A stretch of DNA of 64,000 nucleotides from a virus, in the IMG/VR virus record IMGVR_UViG_3300005323_000002, positions 2,242 through 66,241 of that record; one strand, written 5' to 3'. Position 1 is the first letter of the stretch, and every line of letters begins with the position of its first letter. A model generated the notes under the pieces. The model saw only the letters and a program-made list of their open reading frames with translations, made no database searches and had not been told where the DNA came from. The position numbers and the translations under genes are program-made. Of the stretch, positions 56,950-64,000 are shown piece after piece.

Positions 56950-57408
56950 ATGGACGCCGAACTAATATTCCCTGCCATGACTCCTATGCAGGAGCTGGCG
57001 AGCATGAAACGCAGATCTGCAGAGATCGAGAAGCAGATCTCTGAGGCCGAAGAGGCCTACGGAATTAAGCTACTTCGCGAGCAAAAGGCAGCGATAGATG
57101 CTGAGTTCGTCGCGAAGCAGGCTGAGATTGCCCCTGGGCTGCCCTACTCTGAAGACAGTTTCCTCAAGGCCATCAAGAGGAAGGGCGACAGCTACCGTGA
57201 GGGCAAACTCAAGATGATCCGGACATCTCGGACCGCCAGGAACGTTCTAACTGAGAAGTTCGCAGCCGCCTTTCCCGATCTGCTGAAAAGCGTCTGCAAG
57301 ATCGAACTGACCAAGGCGGATGCTCTGGTCGGAAAGAAAACTATGGAGCGGTATGTTGAGAAGAAGACGACCTACAGCTATGAGCTGATCGATATGGGGG
57401 ATCTCTGA
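56950..57408 (+). CDS. Hypothetical coiled-coil protein of the recombination module
   Basis: 152-aa ORF directly upstream of ERF. Confidence 0.6.
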   Translation: MDAELIFPAMTPMQELASMKRRSAEIEKQISEAEEAYGIKLLREQKAAIDAEFVAKQAEIAPGLPYSEDSFLKAIKRKGDSYREGKLKMIRTSRTARNVLTEKFAAAFPDLLKSVCKIELTKADALVGKKTMERYVEKKTTYSYELIDMGDL

Positions 57409-57409
57409 G

Positions 57410-58102
57410 ATGTCCGCTTCTCAACAGCTCAGCATCCAGGATCGGGCCAGGAATGCCAGCATAGTCGAGCAGGTCCGGGAAGCTGCCAGAGACATCGAGC
57501 CTCATGTCTGCCGATGCAGCTCCGAGCAATCCCGCGATCCCGGCGACCTGGCCAAGCTGGCCGGGAAGCTCTGCCAGGTCATGAAGGCCTGCGCGGTGGT
57601 ACCGAAGGATAAGCAGAATCCGCAGCAACACTACAAGTACGCAAGCAGCGATGCGATTCTTGAGCGCGTCAATCCCGCTCTCTGTGATGCGGGCCTGGCA
57701 ACGGTCTGCAATCTGGAAATCCTGGACAGGCAACCAAGAACGACCAGCACAGGCGCAATTTGGGAGCTATGCACGGTCAGATGCAGACTGCTAATCATAG
57801 ACTCTGAAACAGGTGCATCAATAGAGTCAGAAGGCATCGGTCAGGGGTATGACGGTTCTGATAAGGCCTTGAGCAAGGCCCAGACACAAAGCCGAAAATA
57901 TGCCTGGCTTCTCGCTCTGAACATCTCGACCGGGGACGATCCAGAAGGCGATGATCGCACGGATAAGGCCCAGGTTCCCGCGGTGCCGTGCAAGAAGTGC
58001 AAGGGCCCAGCAGCTTACATTGACGACGGTGAGTTTGATGGCAAACCGGTCAAGAGATATTACTGTGAAAAATGCAAAACAGAAACCCGGAGGGAGGCAT
58101 GA
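57410..58102 (+). CDS. ERF-family single-strand annealing protein
   Basis: KDKQN..HYKYASSDAIL..P.L..GL; DKALSKAQT..RKY; TGDDPE. Confidence 0.88.
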   Translation: MSASQQLSIQDRARNASIVEQVREAARDIEPHVCRCSSEQSRDPGDLAKLAGKLCQVMKACAVVPKDKQNPQQHYKYASSDAILERVNPALCDAGLATVCNLEILDRQPRTTSTGAIWELCTVRCRLLIIDSETGASIESEGIGQGYDGSDKALSKAQTQSRKYAWLLALNISTGDDPEGDDRTDKAQVPAVPCKKCKGPAAYIDDGEFDGKPVKRYYCEKCKTETRREA

Positions 58103-58260
58103 CCGCCGATCAGCAGCAGCTCAGCCAGCCCGCCGAGCTGCACCGCTACTGTCTGCGGTGCCACAGGAAACTCAAAGCCGAGCGATCCATGAAGGCCGGA
58201 TTCGGTCCGGTATGCCTGCTGAAGGAAGTGCAGGAACGCAAAGAATTTATGCAGTCATGA
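58099..58260 (+). CDS. DUF6011-like zinc-finger protein
   Basis: CLRCHRKL...S.KAGFGPVC. Confidence 0.7.
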   Translation: MTADQQQLSQPAELHRYCLRCHRKLKAERSMKAGFGPVCLLKEVQERKEFMQS

Positions 58261-59036
58261 CAAGATGTGAGAAAATGTCAGACATTAGTAGTATCGTAAG
58301 ATCTCCTGTCCGAATGGATATAATGCGATACCTCCGGAGCGGTCCCATGTCTGCGGCGGGGCTATCCGGCAAACTGGGGTCGTCACAGTCAACAATCTTA
58401 CATGCAATTGATCGAATGGCCGCGGCGCAGATAGTCGAAAAGTGCGCCGAAAGCTACCGGCTCACGGGCGCGGGATTGGTCCAGGATTCTATTCTTCAAC
58501 AGACCGCAAATGGCCTGGCAGTTCTTGAATCAAATATCGATTTTTGGGCACAGCATGACATCAGTGAAATCCCGTCTCACTTGATGGCCCGGCTGAGTGA
58601 TCTAGAAGGCGGGCATGTCATCTCAGGAGATAGCATCTTCCAGGCACAGCAGATCTTTATAAACCAACTCGCGGCTGCTAAAAAGATCTATGGAGTCTCG
58701 CCCATTATATTTCCGGGATACGTCGAATCGACATTAGCTGCCTGCCAAAACGGCGCAGAAGTTCATCTTATAGTAACCTCCCCCATCCTGGAAATAATGC
58801 GTACAAAAACGGCCACTGCGTTCGAAGCCCTGCAGAAGATCGAGAGCTTCCATCTCTATGAAATCGACACCGCGAAGGTAGCTTTCGCGATTATAGACGA
58901 CGTATTATCGTTCGGATTATATAGATTAGATGGAGAATACGACGCCACAACGGATTTGGGCTGCCCCGGCGAACGTGCTCGTGCGTGGGGATTAGATCTT
59001 TTCCATCACTATCTGAAGAAGGCAACCGCTATCTAA
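58257..59036 (+). CDS. Methanogen-type wHTH regulator (DUF1724/FilR1-like)
   Basis: ArsR-like wHTH, FWAQHDISEIP, FGLYRLDGEYD, AWGLDLFHHY. Confidence 0.85.
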   Translation: MTRCEKMSDISSIVRSPVRMDIMRYLRSGPMSAAGLSGKLGSSQSTILHAIDRMAAAQIVEKCAESYRLTGAGLVQDSILQQTANGLAVLESNIDFWAQHDISEIPSHLMARLSDLEGGHVISGDSIFQAQQIFINQLAAAKKIYGVSPIIFPGYVESTLAACQNGAEVHLIVTSPILEIMRTKTATAFEALQKIESFHLYEIDTAKVAFAIIDDVLSFGLYRLDGEYDATTDLGCPGERARAWGLDLFHHYLKKATAI

Positions 59037-59082
59037 GAGTCAGTAGATCCTTTGCGCGGGGATCTACACGATAAAAGAATTC

Positions 59083-59829
59083 TTGGAAAAACTGAGCACC
59101 AGCTCACTCTGGATAGCCGTCTGTTCATTTTTCAGGCTGGCGTGCCTTGCGCTCATTCTCGGTCTGCCGTTTGATTGGCGCTGCGGTCTTGCCGTCTCGC
59201 TCGCTGCCTTTGGCGTTTATCTGGTCGATAAGGTAAGCGACTCCGCCGAGGACTTGTTAAACACGCCTGGCCGTGCGTGGCTTGCAAAGTATCGCAGAGA
59301 GGCCCAAATATTAGCAATTGGATCTTATGCAGCGGCACTGATCCTAACCGGAGCTCTGGTCGATATCTGGAAGGTGCCGTATCTCTTGGTCTTCGGCTCT
59401 GCGGGCTTCATCTACACCAGGAATATCTGCGGCTTCCGGCCAAAGGATCTTCCGGGTGCAAAGACTGTAATAGTGGCCGGGGCCTCTGCGATCTGCTACG
59501 CCGGTATGATTTCCGGGCCAATCGAGGCTTATGTCCTTGCATTTCTGACGATCGCCATAGATACAATAATCTTCGACTTGCGCGATATTGTGGGCGACCG
59601 TGCGGCAGGCGTCCGAACCTTGCCGGTGCTGGTTGGCCGCAATGGTGTTCTACTGTTGCTTATTGTTTTAGACCTGATAACAGTCGTCATGAGTCCCGCG
59701 ATCGCGACTTATGGGGCCTTTTTAATATGGTTCTTCCGAAAAGAGCGCGATAGCCTCTGCTATGACTATCTAGTGGATGCTTGGATGATGTGGGTGTATC
59801 TAGGCCTGAAGCTCTTGCAATGGGCCTAA
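59083..59829 (+). CDS. UbiA-family prenyltransferase
   Basis: Multi-TM; YLVDKVSDSAEDLLN.P.R and FDLRDIVGDRAAGVRTLPV Asp-rich motifs. Confidence 0.88.
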   Translation: MEKLSTSSLWIAVCSFFRLACLALILGLPFDWRCGLAVSLAAFGVYLVDKVSDSAEDLLNTPGRAWLAKYRREAQILAIGSYAAALILTGALVDIWKVPYLLVFGSAGFIYTRNICGFRPKDLPGAKTVIVAGASAICYAGMISGPIEAYVLAFLTIAIDTIIFDLRDIVGDRAAGVRTLPVLVGRNGVLLLLIVLDLITVVMSPAIATYGAFLIWFFRKERDSLCYDYLVDAWMMWVYLGLKLLQWA

Positions 59830-59985
59830 ATCTCCTTTTTTCATTTCAATGAGCAGCAGAATACCGCTTTTGCGAGCATGGTCCGGGCCCGCATAGATGC
59901 GCCCATGCTTATCGACTTCCACCGACTTGATTATCATAACTTCTCGGTCACCACCGAGCTGATTAACCAACTCTGAAAGATTCAT
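59800..59985 (-). CDS. Small AbrB-like (DUF2080-type) protein
   Basis: VEVDKHGRIYAG..HA.K...LLI. Confidence 0.45.
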   Translation of the reverse strand: MNLSELVNQLGGDREVMIIKSVEVDKHGRIYAGPDHARKSGILLLIEMKKGDLGPLQELQA

Positions 59986-60089
59986 TATATCGCTATGAGT
60001 TGTCTAAGTATATTATCCTTACCACTTACAACCAACCACTACCAACCAAAACTTTATATAGTTTCATTGCCTATATGAGTATTGTTTGC

Positions 60090-60377
60090 ATGAAACAAAA
60101 AGGTATAATTATTGCTTTCTGCGAACAAAGTTCGGGAGGTCAAAGGATAAAACGTAAGCGAATGACTATCTATCTCGATGAAGCCACCTTAAACTTATTG
60201 GGAGATCTTGAAAGAGCCAGTGGTAAGAGTGCATCCCAAATAATCAACGAGGCAGTTGATTACATGGCAAGGCGAGATACTATACTTATGACGTATGTAA
60301 ACGGGGCAATATCCCGGCAAACGACGGATATCGGAACAATCGTGAAGAAAATAATATGCGAGGAGCTACATAAGTAA
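60090..60377 (+). CDS. CopG/RHH regulator
   Basis: KRMTIYLDEATLNLL..L..ASGKSASQIINEAV; start uncertain. Confidence 0.75.
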   Translation: MKQKGIIIAFCEQSSGGQRIKRKRMTIYLDEATLNLLGDLERASGKSASQIINEAVDYMARRDTILMTYVNGAISRQTTDIGTIVKKIICEELHK

Positions 60378-60601
60378 TAATAATTATATATGGTACTAAA
60401 GTGCCGTCATGTGGGATTTTATACATGTGATAATAAACATTACACAAAGCAAGAATAAGAGAGCCAGGGCAGACCCCTCGAAGCTTTCCAGGGCACGAGG
60501 ATCAACCCAGGCTGCATAGTTCAACACTTCGCTAGCATAAGAGCTTTGCGACTACGCGGAGAGCGCGGACTACGCGGCCCTTCCTGGCTCGGGAAGGAAA
60601 G

Positions 60602-60877
60602 ATGTCAAAAATTGAGCTAGATGAAATCGACATTGGTCTCCTTGAAGAGATCAATCAGAACCCCGGACAGCCGCTATCAAGCGCAATGGCCGTTGCTCTC
60701 GATTGTCGCGAGCAGCGCACACTATACGACCGCCTAATTGCGCTTGAGGCGCAAAAGTACATTTCTGTAGATCGGGTTGTTGAAAAGGGCCGCTCCCTGG
60801 CAACTATCACGCCGAAGGGAAAGGCTGCCATAAAGGGAAGGGAGGATCTTACCTCCTCGTCGGAGGCGTCCTCATGA
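60602..60877 (+). CDS. Winged-HTH regulator
   Basis: ELDEIDIGLL..PG...LYDRLIALE...ITPKGK. Confidence 0.75.
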   Translation: MSKIELDEIDIGLLEEINQNPGQPLSSAMAVALDCREQRTLYDRLIALEAQKYISVDRVVEKGRSLATITPKGKAAIKGREDLTSSSEASS

Positions 60878-61275
60878 GTGGGTCTCTCGCTGCGCCCTTA
60901 AGTACCTTTTCTGCGGACTCCGCGAACATTGCGGGCCGCGCGGTGCCCATCCTCCCCGATGGCTTCTCACTGGGTGGCTGGCTTGAGCAGCTTGAAGCCG
61001 TGGGCGGTGGCCTGGTCCGGGTGGTAGTCTCCGATAGAGAATATCTCGTAGACGACAGCCTCCAGGAGAAGCTCACTATCTTGGTGGGTCAGCATATGAC
61101 TGTATGCCACTGCCTCGGACAATGGGGCTGCGGGGCGATTTCCAGTTTGAAGCCCGATCTGCTTTTCTACCGGCACCTTCTGTGCGCCGCACTCGGCGGT
61201 CTCGACAATATGGAAGAGCGCCTCATGGTGCGTTTCCTCATACTAAAAATCGATGCCAAGGAGGGGCTGCAATGA
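60874..61275 (+). CDS. Hypothetical protein
   Basis: ATGA coupling on both sides. Confidence 0.5.
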   Translation: MSGSLAAPLSTFSADSANIAGRAVPILPDGFSLGGWLEQLEAVGGGLVRVVVSDREYLVDDSLQEKLTILVGQHMTVCHCLGQWGCGAISSLKPDLLFYRHLLCAALGGLDNMEERLMVRFLILKIDAKEGLQ

Positions 61276-61724
61276 GGCAGAACGATACCGTCATTGTCGG
61301 AGATCGGCGCATTTCCACAATCGGGAACATCGTTGTGCGCGTCTCTCCGGCAGAAGAAAGCGCGGCCCAAATCGTCGAGAAAGTCGCGAACATTGAGGCG
61401 ATGGACGAAGAAGGCTTCGTGTTGGGGATCGTCGATTTCGAGATCCTGATGGATGCCATCAGGGACCTCGACCAGACGACACCTCTGGAGATCGGCCTCT
61501 CGCGGGGGAAGAACGCTGCGGGTGCCAGGCTGCTCCGGATACGGCACGGCCAGACCAAGATATACATCGCCGGAATGACTCGACTTCCGCCTGAATGCGA
61601 TCGCGAGCCAGACGCCCTCGATGCCATCTTGGCAGAGAACGAGGCCCTAAAAAGGCGGATTGTCGAGCTGGAATCTAAGTGCGATCCGGTTGCTGTTTTC
61701 GTTGGTATGGGGGATGATCCATGA
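61272..61724 (+). CDS. Hypothetical protein
   Basis: SD GGAGG; coupled operon. Confidence 0.55.
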   Translation: MRQNDTVIVGDRRISTIGNIVVRVSPAEESAAQIVEKVANIEAMDEEGFVLGIVDFEILMDAIRDLDQTTPLEIGLSRGKNAAGARLLRIRHGQTKIYIAGMTRLPPECDREPDALDAILAENEALKRRIVELESKCDPVAVFVGMGDDP

Positions 61725-61788
61725 ATTCTCATTGCATCAATTCCCGCTGCTGCGATCGCCAGGAATGCGACCCACAGGCCTGCTATGA

Positions 61789-62124
61789 TTGCGTCCCGCC
61801 GCTTCCGGAGGCCGACCCATGCCAGTAGCAGATGAGTCCAACCGGGAACTGCAGCTCCTTGAGCCTGACGACTTCGACGAAGCTGAGCTAACTCCTGCAC
61901 AGAGCCGGGCCGCATTGCTGACATGGTACATCCTCTTGCTAATCGGTGCCATCATCATAGCAGCCGTGCTCGCTCTGACGATGACCATGCAGGCCGGAGC
62001 TGTGGAGCTATCCATTTCAGGCAGCTCCAGTGGGAGTGGGAACCAGTCACTGTTTTTCGTAGGCGACAATCTCACGGCCTTCTGGAATGGGACTGCATGG
62101 ACCATCACGGCGGTGACACCATGA
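61789..62124 (+). CDS. Membrane protein
   Basis: Central TM helix; start uncertain. Confidence 0.5.
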   Translation: MRPAASGGRPMPVADESNRELQLLEPDDFDEAELTPAQSRAALLTWYILLLIGAIIIAAVLALTMTMQAGAVELSISGSSSGSGNQSLFFVGDNLTAFWNGTAWTITAVTP

Positions 62125-62511
62125 AAGAGATCTGTGTCAGTCAGGTCGTCATGGCTCGCTACGATCTTCTTTTGCAGCAGGCCGAATCCCTGTGGCAGAA
62201 AGAAACAGCCCGGAAGGTGCCGGTACAGGAGGCCGCACAATGAGGACCAAACTCAAGGAGCTCCATATGAAGACGCGCATCTTCCGAGCACGGTTTGTAT
62301 TGAAATCCGTGGGTGGGGATGTTTTACTGCGCCACGTACTCGGTCCTGAAAGCCAATATGTCACTCAGCACCTATGGGTCCGGGCAGGTCATTGGCACGC
62401 AACCCACCACGAGCCAGGGGACACCGTAGCCATTCGGGCCCGGTCGGAGCCCTACACCAGGGACGATGGATCGAAGGACTGGAGCCTGTTTCACTGCAGG
62501 GAGTGGTGGCC

Positions 62512-63243
62512 ATGATCGACCAGATTATTTGTGGGGATTGCTTAGAGGGGATGAAAGAAATTCCTACTGGCACCGTTGACGCAATCATCACAGATCCCCC
62601 ATTCGCATTTGCCGGAGGAATCAGCAACGGCACATCTAGTCAAGTATCTTCACAATTTTTCGACCATTGGTGGAAAGATGTGTGCAAGGAGATTTTGCGG
62701 GTCTTGAGGCCATCTGGAGAAGGGTTCATTTGGTGCGATTGGAAAACCGCGCCCTCCATTGCACTCGGATTCAAGCCAACTCAGCAGACTTACAACTTCT
62801 GGAGAGTCTCTCAGATGCTATACCATTATCGAGAGATGCCTGGGCAGGGGAAACCATTCAGATCAAGTGTTGATATGATCGCATATGTCCGGGGTCCAGA
62901 AAGTACCGGCCACCGGATCCCCAACACAACTCATAATCACATCTCAAAATACTGGTATTATGGGAAGCATGAATTTCACCCAGCGGAAAAAGATCCCGAA
63001 CTTTGTGAAATGCTCATTGGATGGTGCTCGGATCCAGGTGCTACGATCTTAGACCCATTTTCCGGATCTGGAACAACGGCAATAGCCTGCAGGCGGTCTG
63101 GCAGACACTATATCGCATTTGAGATATCAGAAGAATATTGCCAGATTGCCCAGAAGCGGGTAGCAGACACGCCCGTAAATTTAGAGACATTCCAAAAAGA
63201 TCCTGTTATTAAGCTCGATCGATGGGCGGAGGGCAGCGTATGA
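62512..63243 (+). CDS. DNA methyltransferase, N6-adenine/N4-cytosine beta class
   Basis: GDCLEGM, IITDPPF, HPAEK, ILDPFSGSGTT, FEISEEY. Confidence 0.92.
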   Translation: MIDQIICGDCLEGMKEIPTGTVDAIITDPPFAFAGGISNGTSSQVSSQFFDHWWKDVCKEILRVLRPSGEGFIWCDWKTAPSIALGFKPTQQTYNFWRVSQMLYHYREMPGQGKPFRSSVDMIAYVRGPESTGHRIPNTTHNHISKYWYYGKHEFHPAEKDPELCEMLIGWCSDPGATILDPFSGSGTTAIACRRSGRHYIAFEISEEYCQIAQKRVADTPVNLETFQKDPVIKLDRWAEGSV

Positions 63244-63554
63244 TCGGACGCTCAGCCTGCCAGATGGCCCAGGACGCCGTAGATATCCGTGGCATCCTGG
63301 ATCTGCTCGGCAGAGAAGTCGAGCCCGTATCGAGCACCCTAGTGCAGATGACGCAGCACATGGGTCCGGATCAGGCCAGCCGTATGCTGAAGCTCCTACA
63401 GAAGGCCGGTGTAGTGGAGCATCCGCTCGCCACCAGGGATGTTCTCGGTGTGGATCAGAAAGTACCGTGCCTGCAGCTCTGGCAGCTCACGGCGGCAGCC
63501 AGGCGCGGCGAGATTCCGGAAGCAGAGGAGATCATCAGGAGGGCGACGGCATGA
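63240..63554 (+). CDS. Winged-HTH protein
   Basis: DQASRMLKLLQKAGVVE...WQLT. Confidence 0.5.
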   Translation: MIGRSACQMAQDAVDIRGILDLLGREVEPVSSTLVQMTQHMGPDQASRMLKLLQKAGVVEHPLATRDVLGVDQKVPCLQLWQLTAAARRGEIPEAEEIIRRATA

Positions 63555-63874
63555 GCGCTCCCAAACTCACCGAGCAGGAAGCCAAGGCTTTCTTCTCAGA
63601 TTTTTACCGGGGCGAGCATCATTTCCCTGGAAAACTGAAGCCCTACGGCCTCGGATGGGCCATGAGTCACTTCGGATGCCTGAGTACATTCGACTCGGAC
63701 GACCTGACCCGACTGGTATTGCTGGCTCATAATAGATGCATCCGTGTGCAGGTTGAGCAGGGTGGGCCAAATCGCTTGAGGATCGCCGTCTGGAAACGTG
63801 GGCGAGAGGGCCAGTTTTGCGAGAGACATCCGACGATTGAGCAGGCGATTGCTGCATTTTCAGGAGAGATCTGA
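63551..63874 (+). CDS. Hypothetical protein
   Basis: Coupled ORF; LSTFD.D.LTRLV.LAH..CIRV...HPTIE.AI. Confidence 0.6.
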   Translation: MSAPKLTEQEAKAFFSDFYRGEHHFPGKLKPYGLGWAMSHFGCLSTFDSDDLTRLVLLAHNRCIRVQVEQGGPNRLRIAVWKRGREGQFCERHPTIEQAIAAFSGEI

Positions 63875-64000
63875 TGGCATTCGATCTGAAGGCGGCCCGC
63901 GCAAGATGTGAAAAGGCCACTCCTGGGCCTTGGATTGATTCCGATGGATATATAATTTGTCCAGGGATGGAAATTCGGAATTGTAAAGCGCATGACCTCA
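63874..64000 (+). CDS. Ead/Ea22-like protein, truncated by the window end
   Basis: MAFDLKAARARCEKATPGPW. Confidence 0.55.
   Translation, partial: MAFDLKAARARCEKATPGPWIDSDGYIICPGMEIRNCKAHDL

Larger units (their letters stand above)
1..64000. mobile_element. Temperate archaeal head-tail virus (myovirus-like Caudoviricetes) genome or provirus, spanning the whole window
   Basis: Ordered terminase-portal-capsid-neck-sheath-tube-TMP-baseplate genes plus a tyrosine integrase; archaeal TATA/SD signals; no host housekeeping genes at either end. Confidence 0.93.

Noticed and set aside
1-64000. CRISPR or TIGR arrays, or a diversity-generating retroelement
   Set aside because: I found no regular repeat-spacer array, no Nop-domain or Cas gene, no reverse transcriptase and no TR/VR pair.

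Overview
The whole window looks like most of one temperate, contractile-tailed (myovirus-like) head-tail virus genome. Its signals are archaeal: TATA boxes, GAGGTGA-type Shine-Dalgarno sites, a DUF1724-type wHTH regulator next to a UbiA gene, and no peptidoglycan hydrolase. The host is probably a Methanosarcinales/Methanothrix-like methanogen (inference). Layout: early and accessory genes with a Dam-like methylase (1-9 kb); a tRNA and structured-RNA cluster (9.05-9.8 kb); terminase, portal and head genes (9.9-23.5 kb); neck, fibre and membrane genes (23.5-37.9 kb); sheath, tube, frameshifted chaperone, tape measure and baseplate (38-52.9 kb); a tyrosine integrase and control region (53-56.6 kb); then early genes again (ERF recombinase, UbiA, a second methylase). 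Four observations stand out. (1) Four related HNH nucleases carry swapped N-terminal domains, and three sit behind their own TATA box and a conserved, covarying leader RNA whose loop can pair with either a decoy or the Shine-Dalgarno site. (2) Two sequence-unrelated but identically built modules each have a small regulator, a coiled-coil/wHTH gene and a ~200-bp AT-rich segment bounded by inverted palindrome-plus-half-site boxes; these are candidate initiator-origin units in a window with no recognisable replication genes. (3) Four arrays of 9-bp-periodic CCGC boxes precede TATA-like boxes. (4) The prohead protease is split and fused to a ferritin-like domain. All product calls come from motif recognition by eye and gene order, not database searches.
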